Of a stretch of DNA of 64,000 nt, positions 20,117-29,568 are shown one piece after another. The translations under genes were made by a program, and so were the position numbers. The DNA lies in NCBI GenBank assembly GCA_018238155.1, contig JABCTZ010000037.1:1-64000 (forward strand), written 5' to 3'. Origin of the DNA: Candidatus Heimdallarchaeota archaeon (lineage in GTDB: Archaea; Asgardarchaeota; Heimdallarchaeia; JABLTI01). The stretch's first letter is position 1; each line of letters starts with the position of its first letter. The notes beneath the pieces are model-generated. The model was not told where the DNA came from, did not search any database, and was given only the letters and a program-made list of their open reading frames with translations.

Positions 20117-20590
20117 TTATCCAAGCGCTTCCCATGTTGCATATTTTTCCACATAAAGTTTAGCTTTTCGTTCGAATTCTTTAACACTATTTTTGAACTC
20201 TTTTGCTGCGGTAGTGTTTAACGGATCGTCTGGATTGGGATTGGATAATAAAAATCGTAATGATTCCACAATATCAACTAAATTACTTGCTGGGGTCCAA
20301 TCCTTTCCTAAAATACCTACACAAATTCTATCTTTGAAAATATTTGGATGCCAGATAGGAGTTAAAACTTTCACTTTTGGTGGTTTAAAAGGAAATGACC
20401 TTGGTATATGTATTTCAAATTGGAATACACCGCCAGAATATAAACCGGTTCCAATCATGAACCCTCTCCAAACTCTAGTGTTTCCATTTAAAGGAGTGAA
20501 GTTTGGTTCCTCTTTCTTCATTTCCCCCGATTCAATAGCTAATCTTGCCCAAAAGTCGTCCTCACTGAGTTCCATTTGATTTTTCCTCAT
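20117..20590 (-). CDS. Ubiquitin-conjugating enzyme E2 (UBC family)
   Basis: 'YSGGVFQFEIHIPRSFPFKPPKV', HPN motif and catalytic Cys in 'WHPNIFKDRICVGILGKDWTPA', 'PNPDDPLN'. Confidence 0.95.
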   Translation of the reverse strand: MRKNQMELSEDDFWARLAIESGEMKKEEPNFTPLNGNTRVWRGFMIGTGLYSGGVFQFEIHIPRSFPFKPPKVKVLTPIWHPNIFKDRICVGILGKDWTPASNLVDIVESLRFLLSNPNPDDPLNTTAAKEFKNSVKEFERKAKLYVEKYATWEALG

Positions 20591-20840
20591 TTATTTTTGA
20601 TTCAAATTTTTTTGATTGTTTATCCTAAGCAATATTTAATACCGTTTAAACCTTTTGAAAGTTTTTCGGAACGGATGATTTACATTTGATTCGAATTAAA
20701 CTTAGATTAGTTCATTTATTCCACCATTTTATTGTTTTGCTATATGCAATAATATAAAATTCCTATCCGAAAGACTTTTTGAATAATTATACATTAAATA
20801 TTTATACTAAATTATTTAGTCACAAGTTGTTGATGCAAAA

Positions 20841-21107
20841 ATGGCTTCTCGAAGAATACCCGAACTTGATGCAGCTATAAAATGGAAAACATTTTATGAT
20901 TTATTGAGTCAAAAAGCTTTCAAAGATGAAAGAGATAAAGGTGTTGTAGCAGCAGTGTTCTGTCTTAGCACATTTCCTGCTACAATCGAAACAATTGTTC
21001 GTTGGAAGGCTCTCTGTGATATTTTAATAAGGGAACCATTCGATATTGATAACTCCAGAAGAGGTTTAATTGCAGCAATACTTTTACTGTCAATAAACAA
21101 GAAATAG
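20841..21107 (+). CDS. Small hypothetical protein with an internal duplication
   Basis: 88 aa with two copies of a W-K-x-x-x-D-(I/L)-L...G-(V/L)-(V/I)-AA motif. Confidence 0.7.
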   Translation: MASRRIPELDAAIKWKTFYDLLSQKAFKDERDKGVVAAVFCLSTFPATIETIVRWKALCDILIREPFDIDNSRRGLIAAILLLSINKK

Positions 21108-21157
21108 CACTTTATTGTAAGATAAAAAGAAAAAGAGAAACCAAATTTCTCCTTTAA

Positions 21158-23302
21158 TTAACGAACTTTGGACCCATTAGGTACTTTTCTCAATGGTGTT
21201 AATATTGATATTTCAGGGTCAGCAGCAGCTGCTAACAGCATACCATTAGACTCTACACCACGAATTTTGGCTGGTTCTAGATTAGCAACTATTACTATTT
21301 GCTTTCCAACCAATTCATCTGGCTTATATCGTTCAGCAATACCTGCAACAATTTGTCTTTCCTCTGTACCAATATCAACAATAATCTTCAGTAGTTTTTT
21401 CGTTCCATCTATAGGTTCTACAGATTTAATAGTAGCAACTCTAAGATCTAATTGCTGAAAGTCTTTAAAGGGAATAAGTTCTTTTGTCATTTTTTCATCA
21501 GCCTTTGATTCTTTTTTCTTCTTCTTTTTAGGTTTAGCCTTTTTCTTAACCTCTTCGGAGGGAGCTAATTGTGGATTTTGTTTTATTAATTCTTTAACAG
21601 ATTCTCCACCCCATTCCAATCCAAGTTTTATTATTTGTTCGAGTTCAATTTTCTGGAATAATGGTACAAGCTCTTTGGAAATGTTATGATTATCAGAGAT
21701 TTTCTTTCCAACAGAATTCCAAGGTTGCTTATGAACATCTTCTTTTAATTGTAATAATTCGAATATTTTTTCTGCAGCAAATGGAATATAGGGTGCTAAA
21801 AGCACTGCCAATCCTCTACAACATTGAGCACAAATATTCAAAGTTGTAGCAACACGATCCTTCTTATTATCCTTCCAATCTGCCCATGGTTTCTTTGTTT
21901 GGAAATATCGATTACATTCACGTGCAAAGTCAAAAATGGTTAGAATTGTTCTTTGGAATTCAAATTTTCGCATCTCAGCATCTGCTTTCTTTGAAGTATC
22001 AATTAAAGCATTGATCATATCTTTGTCCTCTTTTTCAAGAGAACACGCTTTTGGAATTTTCCCATCGAAGTAACGATTAACAAATGTCAATGTTCTGTGA
22101 ATGAAATTTCCAAGTATATCTGCAAGATCACCGTTAACACTGTCACGAAACTCTGACCAAGTAAAATCTGTATCGTGTCTTTCCGGAGCAATTTTCATTA
22201 AGTAATAGCGCCAGAAATCAGCAGGAAATAACTCTAAAGCTGTATCAGTAAAGACACCTATTTTTTTGCTAGAAGAGAACTTTGTTTTTTCGTAGTTTAA
22301 CCATTGGAAAGCTTTAACGTAATCAGCTAGTACAAAACCATCATTAGCTCCTATCAAAGTAGCTGGGAACGTTATGGTATGGAAGGGTACATTATCCTTT
22401 CCAATAAAGTTAACAATGTAAGTATCAGTTTCTTTCCAGAATTTTTTCCACAGATTGGGATCTCCTTGTTGTTTAGCCCATTCTTTTGAAATGGAAATAT
22501 AACCAATTGGTGCATCAAACCAAACATAGAAGACTTTGTCACGGTATCCGTCCAGAGGAATTGGTACTCCCCATTTTATATCTCGTGATATGCTGCGAGG
22601 TCTTAGCCCATCTCTTATCCAACTATTAGAAATTGAAAGAGTTGTTTTAGGCCATTCTTGATGAGAATCAATCCATTCTTTTATTCGACCTTCCAAACTT
22701 CTCAAGTCTATGAATAGATGTTTACCTGAGCGAATCTCAGTATTATTTTTCCCACAAATGATACAAATAGGATTAATTAGATCTATACCATCAAGTACTT
22801 TTGAGCAATTTTCACATTGATCGCCTCTTGCATGTTCATATTTGCAATTTGGACAAGTTCCAACAACATAACGATCAGGCAAATTACGTTGACAATTTTT
22901 GCAGAAGAGTGATTGTATCTCTTTTTCCTCAATAAATCCATTTTTGTAAAGCTTCAAAAATAAATGTTGAGTCATTTCAATATTTTCTGGAGTATGAGTT
23001 CTACTGAACAGATCAAAAGATAAACCAAATCGTTCGTAGATATCTTTTTGTTTTTTGTGCATTATTTCAACAAATTCTTCGACAGGTATTCCTGCTTCTA
23101 ATGCTGAAACTTCAGCTGGGGTTCCATGATCATCTGTACCACATACTGCTAGAACTTCTTCTCCCCTTTGTCTCAAATACCTAGCTAATATATCAGCTGG
23201 TAAAAGAGAGGATACTAAGTTCCCGAGATGTTTTACAGTGTTTACGTAGGGCAAGGCACTTGTAATTAGATACCGTTTTTTCTTGTCAGACACTTTGAAC
23301 AC
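21158..23302 (-). CDS. metG: Methionyl-tRNA synthetase with C-terminal tRNA-binding OB domain
   Basis: 'ITSALPYVN..HLGN', Zn knuckles, 'YVWFDAPIGY', 'KFSSS', C-terminal 'ANLEPAKIRGVESNGMLLA'. Confidence 0.97.
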   Translation of the reverse strand: MFKVSDKKKRYLITSALPYVNTVKHLGNLVSSLLPADILARYLRQRGEEVLAVCGTDDHGTPAEVSALEAGIPVEEFVEIMHKKQKDIYERFGLSFDLFSRTHTPENIEMTQHLFLKLYKNGFIEEKEIQSLFCKNCQRNLPDRYVVGTCPNCKYEHARGDQCENCSKVLDGIDLINPICIICGKNNTEIRSGKHLFIDLRSLEGRIKEWIDSHQEWPKTTLSISNSWIRDGLRPRSISRDIKWGVPIPLDGYRDKVFYVWFDAPIGYISISKEWAKQQGDPNLWKKFWKETDTYIVNFIGKDNVPFHTITFPATLIGANDGFVLADYVKAFQWLNYEKTKFSSSKKIGVFTDTALELFPADFWRYYLMKIAPERHDTDFTWSEFRDSVNGDLADILGNFIHRTLTFVNRYFDGKIPKACSLEKEDKDMINALIDTSKKADAEMRKFEFQRTILTIFDFARECNRYFQTKKPWADWKDNKKDRVATTLNICAQCCRGLAVLLAPYIPFAAEKIFELLQLKEDVHKQPWNSVGKKISDNHNISKELVPLFQKIELEQIIKLGLEWGGESVKELIKQNPQLAPSEEVKKKAKPKKKKKKESKADEKMTKELIPFKDFQQLDLRVATIKSVEPIDGTKKLLKIIVDIGTEERQIVAGIAERYKPDELVGKQIVIVANLEPAKIRGVESNGMLLAAAADPEISILTPLRKVPNGSKVR

Positions 23303-23463
23303 ACTCCTACTATTTTCGAGAATCGTTGAGAATAATAATATTGAACGAAAATATAATAGTGATTTCTTCGTTGAGGGATGGTATTTAACTTTTTTGAATA
23401 AAAATTAAACTTAGTTGCAATACTAATTCAATTTGATTGAAAAATAGACTAGTAAAGGAAAAT

Positions 23464-26400
23464 TTACTTTACAACTGTTATGGTTGGAGTTTGAACTACT
23501 CCAATATGAGTATCATTAATTATACCTACTGTATCTACTATCCTACAATAAAATGAAACCGTACGTTGTGTATAGGACCTGAATAATCCCTTTCTCATTG
23601 AAGGAGGTTTCCACTCGAAAGATTCCAAAACAAAATTCTCTTCTTTTTTCACTCTAGTTTTTAATCGATATCTCTTAATTAACTTGACTTTAGCGTTCTT
23701 AGTAAATTGCAAGATATGTATTTCTCTAATGTCACTATGTGCTTTGAATTGTAATTTTGGAGTTATTTCAGTAACATAGTTACTACGAATTCTTGATTTA
23801 AGTGGTGGATTTCCAAGCAAACTAAAATTAATTAGCTTAGATAAAGGAGGTGAGACTTTGAGTGAGGCAGATGTACTAGCTCCTCTGCCATTAAAGACAC
23901 AAAGTAAATGCCATTTGGATGAACACATACTAAGGGGTATTACCACAGGCATATCAATTGTGAGACTTTTTCTTGAGAACCGAGATTTCTTTTCATATAA
24001 TTTAATTATCCCTCTTTGTGAGAGACCCCACAATGTCAATTTACCTCGAGTATTGCTTTTCGAGATAGATGCCTTGACTTTAACAAAAATCTCTCCAACA
24101 GGATTTGGAGATGTTGTTAGATTTGTTATGGAATGGGTTTTATTTTTTGGTACTTTGACCTTTGTACATGATTTATGGGCAGTGGCTAGGATTTTTCTAC
24201 TCTTTCCATCTCGAACAATAAATCTTAGCTTGAAATCACCATGATAATTATTGAGTTGAATTGGAATTGGAAGGTAACAAAAATCAACCAATGATGCTTT
24301 TTCCAAATTAATAGACTCTTGAAAAGCTTTTCGTCTTGCACCTGATCCCTTAGTCAGAGGAACAAATTCTGCTTCTATTTTAACTGGATGTGAAATTTTG
24401 GATTGGAGTATTGATCGGCGCCATTTTATCTTTATAACCGGAACAATTAGTGAATAATCAACTTTAGATGGAAAGTTATGTATTGAAACATTTTTGACAA
24501 ATTTAGATTCTTTGAAGAATTCTTCTCGTTGGAATGTTGGTGTAGCAGCGACTATTTTTGTAGAACCTCTAGCTGTTCGATTTGAAGTTTTAGATGTGCG
24601 TTTCTTCTTAGAAGCATTTGTTTTTGTGCTTCTTGAAATTCGAGGTTTTGGTAACACTGCACCTTGAGTACGATATCTTGAACTTGACGCTGTAGATGCA
24701 TAAGCCTGCACTTTTCTTTTCGAAGATTTTTGCAAAGATTTTGATCTAGAAGATGATTTCCTTTTGTATCCCTTTGTTTTAATAGGAGCTTTTTTTCTAG
24801 CTAGCTTCTTAGGTTTTGAAGATGAGCGTTTCTTCTTTGGAGTTTTCTTTTTGGCTTCTTTCACTTTTCTTTTCTTTGGTGGTGACCTAGTTCGTGCTGG
24901 AAGCTTCTTTTTTGATTTGACGGGTCTAATAGTTGCTACAGGTTTTGATTTCATAGAAGGAGTAGAAGGTCGTCTAATAGGTCGAGCAGCTAAAGGTTTT
25001 GATGGACGTCCAGTAATGGGTTTTGGTGGTGGTTTTTTAGCTTTTTCAAGAAGCTTTAATCTCTCGAGACGTTTTTTCTCTAACACTTTTTCTCTTTTTA
25101 TTTTCTCGCGTTGTATTTTAGCTGATTGTATTTGTTTCACTTTAAGTCGTTGACGTTCCTTTGACATTACTTTTTTACGCCTTGTCCTAGAATCAGATTG
25201 AAGTTTGCGAGCAATTGCACTTCGTGAATTATCTGCAGTTCTAACAGGTTTTGCAGCTTTTGTTTCAACGAATTCAGTTAATGATTTATCAGGAAGACCT
25301 AACATCTCGCTAAAAACTCTTCTAGGTTTACCATTCATTAAACTCAAACTTTTGATAAGATTTGTAATGTTATTGTGATTTTGTTCATATAAATAAAACA
25401 TAAATGTAGCTGCAGAAATAGGAGGAGCTATTCGAGCTGTCCCCCACAACATAATAAGAAGTGGAGCAAGTTCACTTTCACTCATTTGTAGTTCAGTTAG
25501 CTCTGGTTTTAACCAGATAAGTAAGGCACGCAAAGATTCATAGATTTTCCCAGGAGGTCCTCCTGTTTCTGGGTTGTGATTATAATATTTAGCGAAAAGC
25601 CCGCCAGATGATTCGATACCAGGGTCTCCTTGGAATTTTGCGAACATACCAAAGTTTACTGCTCTTTTGCGATGTTCAAAAATGGTATTTCCCTTTATTT
25701 CAGGAATTGGTGTACCAGCCCTAACCATCTTAGCACCTTTCAATGCTAATGCTTGTAGTAATAAAATGATTGAAATTCGAATGCTTTGATCATATTGTGC
25801 ATCAAAGAATCGACATTCAATAGTTCCATAGACTGTATATGGGTAAACATCTACGTACCTGTCATCAGGAATTTCTTTTCGAACATGCCTCGAGAATTGT
25901 GTCTGGGTATTAGATGATTCAACGTGCGGTAAATAATCGGGCATATTCGGTCCCAATTGCCCGGAATTTTCTTTTAACCTAAAACTTCGAATACTATCAG
26001 GAGCTAAAACCAAAGTTCGTCCATCATCACCCTTCTTAAGAATAATACGTCCAGCAGGTTTCCCATTTACAAACGGAGAAGTATTAGATAAAGCTATAAG
26101 ATGTGGTATATATGCTCTAATCATGTTATAAGCAGCACTTTTTTCTGCCTTGTTTTTAAATCCACCAAGATGATGATGTTCTCCGCAAGTTACTCCAGCA
26201 CGATATTCTGATTGATAAGGATTAAATCCCAAAGCTTGAATATTATATCCTTTTGTAATTGATTGAGAAGCAGCTAAATAGAGAGTGTTTATCCACCAAT
26301 CCATTTCTTCAATATACTCACAGGGAGGTGTCACTAATTCTAATAACCAAGTAATTTGTGATATATTTGGATCAGGACCAAATACATTGATTGCAATAGA

Positions 26401-26724
26401 TTTACCGTTGAGCTCATACTCTATTTGAACATAGCGAATCATTTTACCATGTCTTTCTACATCCTTTCTAGAGACACGCTTGATTTTTTTCCGAATATAG
26501 TCAGGGACATTTTTAGTGCTACTTGTTAAAGATTTTATGAAACTTAATGCCCCATTAAACATCTGATCCCAGACTGCAACTAGTTCTTTTCCATCCTCCA
26601 GAATTTCTCCGCGTTTATCAGTAATGAAATTTTCAACCTCTAAACCATGAGTAAAAGGCAACTTACGTAAGGTACTAGTAGCAGAATTTGCTGAATCTGA
26701 TTTTGTTTTACTGTTTTTACTCAT
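23464..26724 (-). CDS. GCS2/YbdK-like carboxylate-amine ligase domain fused to a Lys/Arg-rich linker and basic beta-rich C-terminal domains
   Basis: 'THGLEVE', 'LELVTPPC', 'TCGEHHHLG', 'LIALSNTSPF', 'YGTIECRFFDAQ' match the GCS2 catalytic pattern. Residues ~490-730 are low-complexity and basic. Confidence 0.8.
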   Translation of the reverse strand: MSKNSKTKSDSANSATSTLRKLPFTHGLEVENFITDKRGEILEDGKELVAVWDQMFNGALSFIKSLTSSTKNVPDYIRKKIKRVSRKDVERHGKMIRYVQIEYELNGKSIAINVFGPDPNISQITWLLELVTPPCEYIEEMDWWINTLYLAASQSITKGYNIQALGFNPYQSEYRAGVTCGEHHHLGGFKNKAEKSAAYNMIRAYIPHLIALSNTSPFVNGKPAGRIILKKGDDGRTLVLAPDSIRSFRLKENSGQLGPNMPDYLPHVESSNTQTQFSRHVRKEIPDDRYVDVYPYTVYGTIECRFFDAQYDQSIRISIILLLQALALKGAKMVRAGTPIPEIKGNTIFEHRKRAVNFGMFAKFQGDPGIESSGGLFAKYYNHNPETGGPPGKIYESLRALLIWLKPELTELQMSESELAPLLIMLWGTARIAPPISAATFMFYLYEQNHNNITNLIKSLSLMNGKPRRVFSEMLGLPDKSLTEFVETKAAKPVRTADNSRSAIARKLQSDSRTRRKKVMSKERQRLKVKQIQSAKIQREKIKREKVLEKKRLERLKLLEKAKKPPPKPITGRPSKPLAARPIRRPSTPSMKSKPVATIRPVKSKKKLPARTRSPPKKRKVKEAKKKTPKKKRSSSKPKKLARKKAPIKTKGYKRKSSSRSKSLQKSSKRKVQAYASTASSSRYRTQGAVLPKPRISRSTKTNASKKKRTSKTSNRTARGSTKIVAATPTFQREEFFKESKFVKNVSIHNFPSKVDYSLIVPVIKIKWRRSILQSKISHPVKIEAEFVPLTKGSGARRKAFQESINLEKASLVDFCYLPIPIQLNNYHGDFKLRFIVRDGKSRKILATAHKSCTKVKVPKNKTHSITNLTTSPNPVGEIFVKVKASISKSNTRGKLTLWGLSQRGIIKLYEKKSRFSRKSLTIDMPVVIPLSMCSSKWHLLCVFNGRGASTSASLKVSPPLSKLINFSLLGNPPLKSRIRSNYVTEITPKLQFKAHSDIREIHILQFTKNAKVKLIKRYRLKTRVKKEENFVLESFEWKPPSMRKGLFRSYTQRTVSFYCRIVDTVGIINDTHIGVVQTPTITVVK

Positions 26725-26766
26725 TAATCATTCATACCCTACTTTTGTGTTAAGTTTCTTGGTAAT

Positions 26767-28200
26767 TCATTTTGGTTTTTGATGTAAAAGATAATCAAAC
26801 AAATATTGTTGAGTAAAAGGATAACTCTCTTCTTGTTCTTCTAGAATCTGTGTTATCTTAGATGCAAAATCCATGAGTGTTGTAACTTCAGAGATATTTA
26901 ATTTTCCGCCTTTAAGTTGCTGAATCACAAAACTTCGACGAATATCAATAATATCTGCAAATATGTTAAGAATGTACAGCTCTTCATAGACGTTATTTCC
27001 AGAAGGATCAAACAATGCATCCGTATTAAAATAAACACCAGAAATTGAACATAATTGAGCAATAATATCAGAAAGTCTTGCTTGAGTTTTAACTCTCAGT
27101 ATTTTATCAAAATCTTTTCTTGTAACTTTTGATTTTTCAATACCAACGCGGTTAATCACTTTTTGGGGCCAATAAATTTTCAGCATACGCAGAGCATTTA
27201 GTCCTAGAACATATCTTATATGATTAAAGGTTACTCCTAGTTCTTTTGCTTTTTCTGAAAAAATGAAAGTAAGATGATCACTTGCTTGTGGTACACTAAA
27301 ATAATTATGATCAGTACCATACATTGCAGATAAATGCCAATCCTCTACGAGATCGATACAATTTTTATAGAAAATTTCACAATCATCGCCTCTCATCCCT
27401 GATGTTTCAGTTTTGATATTTGAATCACCAAGAATTTCATACATACCTTTAGTTGTATAGTCAAAACCAAAATGCCCGAGTATTATTGTAAAATCGTCAT
27501 TCTTTGCTCGTTTTCTAACTTCCATTGTTACTTGATGTATCTCTTGAGCTGTTTGATAATTTTGAACATCAAAAATAACTGGCAATTTATAATCAACTGC
27601 AGTACGAACAATTTCAAAAATATTTTCACTGACAATATCATTTATCCAGTTCTCAGAAAGAGGGTGGAGTTTTAATCCTCTTGCACCATATTCAACACAT
27701 CTGAGGATTTCATCAATTGCTTTTTCCTTGTCATTTGGATCTACTCGACAAAAGGGAACTAACCTAGAACCATACTCAAGTGTTTGTGCACGAGTGATAA
27801 TATAATTATTCGAACGGATAAAATGAGGGGATGTCTTTGCATGGAGAGTATCATGCAATGGAAAAGTAACTATTTTATCTGCAAACCAACCAATATTCTG
27901 CGTAGTTCTCGTATCTCGAAAGATGTCTTGCTGTAATTTTGTTGCAGGCATCGTGAAATCATTAGCTTTTTCTGGCAAACTAAATGCATAATCCTCGGGA
28001 TAGCTTGTGATTCTTCTATGAACATCGAATTTTAATTTCTCATAGAAGTCTATATGATCCTTCGGTCTAACAATTCTATAATCTTTACCTTTTCCACTTA
28101 CGACTGATTCTTTACCCAAATGTGTGTGAGTATCCACTACATTTAGTTTTAGCGGTCTTTTCTTAGGATCATCTTTATCATATATAATTATCATTAGCAT
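26767..28200 (-). CDS. Metal-dependent amidohydrolase (amidohydro_2-like TIM barrel) with a C-terminal extension
   Basis: 'VVDTHTHLG', 'GARGLKLHP', 'ILGHFG', 'YGTDH', 'LGLNALRML'. Confidence 0.85.
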   Translation of the reverse strand: MLMIIIYDKDDPKKRPLKLNVVDTHTHLGKESVVSGKGKDYRIVRPKDHIDFYEKLKFDVHRRITSYPEDYAFSLPEKANDFTMPATKLQQDIFRDTRTTQNIGWFADKIVTFPLHDTLHAKTSPHFIRSNNYIITRAQTLEYGSRLVPFCRVDPNDKEKAIDEILRCVEYGARGLKLHPLSENWINDIVSENIFEIVRTAVDYKLPVIFDVQNYQTAQEIHQVTMEVRKRAKNDDFTIILGHFGFDYTTKGMYEILGDSNIKTETSGMRGDDCEIFYKNCIDLVEDWHLSAMYGTDHNYFSVPQASDHLTFIFSEKAKELGVTFNHIRYVLGLNALRMLKIYWPQKVINRVGIEKSKVTRKDFDKILRVKTQARLSDIIAQLCSISGVYFNTDALFDPSGNNVYEELYILNIFADIIDIRRSFVIQQLKGGKLNISEVTTLMDFASKITQILEEQEESYPFTQQYLFDYLLHQKPK

Positions 28201-28346
28201 ACCTCAAGTAAATTAACTGAATAAAGGCTTTGTATACTGCAAGCATATTTGTAAGTTTCTATCAAATAGAGAGAGAGTTACATATAATTACATAGGTATA
28301 CAAAACATGACTAAAAACCCTTGTATTAAGTTAAAAAAAGAGAAGA

Positions 28347-29387
28347 TTAACCAAAGAATGATTTAGCTAATAACCATTCTTCTTCGGGAACTATTTTTCT
28401 CTTAGCAACTGCTTTTTCAATAGGGACATCAACAATACGAGTGCCTTGTAGACTAGCCATACGACCAAACTTCTCATTGTGAATTAGTTCAGCAGCTTTT
28501 GCACCATATCTTAAACCTAAATATCGATCATATGCTGTAGGTGGTCCCCCTCTTTGAATATGACCTAAAGTAATTCCACGAACGAGAAGTTTAGTACGTT
28601 TTGTGATTTCCTCTGCGAGAAATTCCCCTACTTTAAGATTAGCAAGCAAAATATTTCCAAATGAATCTGTTCCAGCTTTATCAATTTTTTCTTTCATTTC
28701 TGGAAAAACAACGCCTTCGGCAACACAGACAATGCTATATGTTCTCTTACCTTCATGCCTTTTTTTCAACATAGAACATATTTCATCAATTGAAAATTCA
28801 AATTCGGGTATAATGATTGCAGTTGCATTTCCTGCCATCCCAGCTTCTAATGCAATCCATCCGGAATGTCGTCCCATTAATTCCAAAACGAAAACACGAT
28901 GGTGAGATTTTGCAGTAGTTCTCAATCTATCAATTGCTTCCATTGCTATATTTATTGAAGTATCGAAACCAAAAGTTTGATCTGTTGCTTCTAAATCATT
29001 ATCAATAGTTTTTGGTACACCAACAACATTAGCTCCTTTTTCATTCAGGATTTTTGCTACACCTAAAGTATCATCTCCACCACATGCTGCAAATGCATAG
29101 ATATTCAATTTTTTCAATGTAGCAAGAATTTTCTCAAATCCATTCTCAACTTTTCTTGGATTTGTACGAGATGAACCTAGAATGGTTCCACCCTCTTGAA
29201 CAATTTCTTTAACGCTTTCCAAAGATAGATTTTCAGTTAAGCCCTCAATCAATCCTTTCCAACCATCTTGAAATCCAACAACGTCATACCCAAATTTTAT
29301 TGCCGTTCTTGTAAAACCAGCTATTACAGGATTTAATCCTGGAGCATCGCCACCACTAGTTAAAATACCAATTTTTTTTGCCATCAT
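28347..29387 (-). CDS. pfkA: 6-phosphofructokinase (PfkA family)
   Basis: 'LTSGGDAPGLN', 'GGTILGSSR', 'PKTIDND', 'ELMGRHSGW', 'LGHIQRGG'. Confidence 0.95.
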   Translation of the reverse strand: MMAKKIGILTSGGDAPGLNPVIAGFTRTAIKFGYDVVGFQDGWKGLIEGLTENLSLESVKEIVQEGGTILGSSRTNPRKVENGFEKILATLKKLNIYAFAACGGDDTLGVAKILNEKGANVVGVPKTIDNDLEATDQTFGFDTSINIAMEAIDRLRTTAKSHHRVFVLELMGRHSGWIALEAGMAGNATAIIIPEFEFSIDEICSMLKKRHEGKRTYSIVCVAEGVVFPEMKEKIDKAGTDSFGNILLANLKVGEFLAEEITKRTKLLVRGITLGHIQRGGPPTAYDRYLGLRYGAKAAELIHNEKFGRMASLQGTRIVDVPIEKAVAKRKIVPEEEWLLAKSFFG

Positions 29388-29568
29388 TAATCACTGATAA
29401 ATATTCGGTAATTGTATCTTTTGCTTCAATTATTATTTTTTTTCTCTTTATTTAATTTTATCAATCAATATCCATCATCATATATTAAGCTAATTTTTTA
29501 TTGGAAAAATATTAATTACATAAAATTTGTATAATAGTGAGTGATATTATAATGTTTGGTGAATTATT

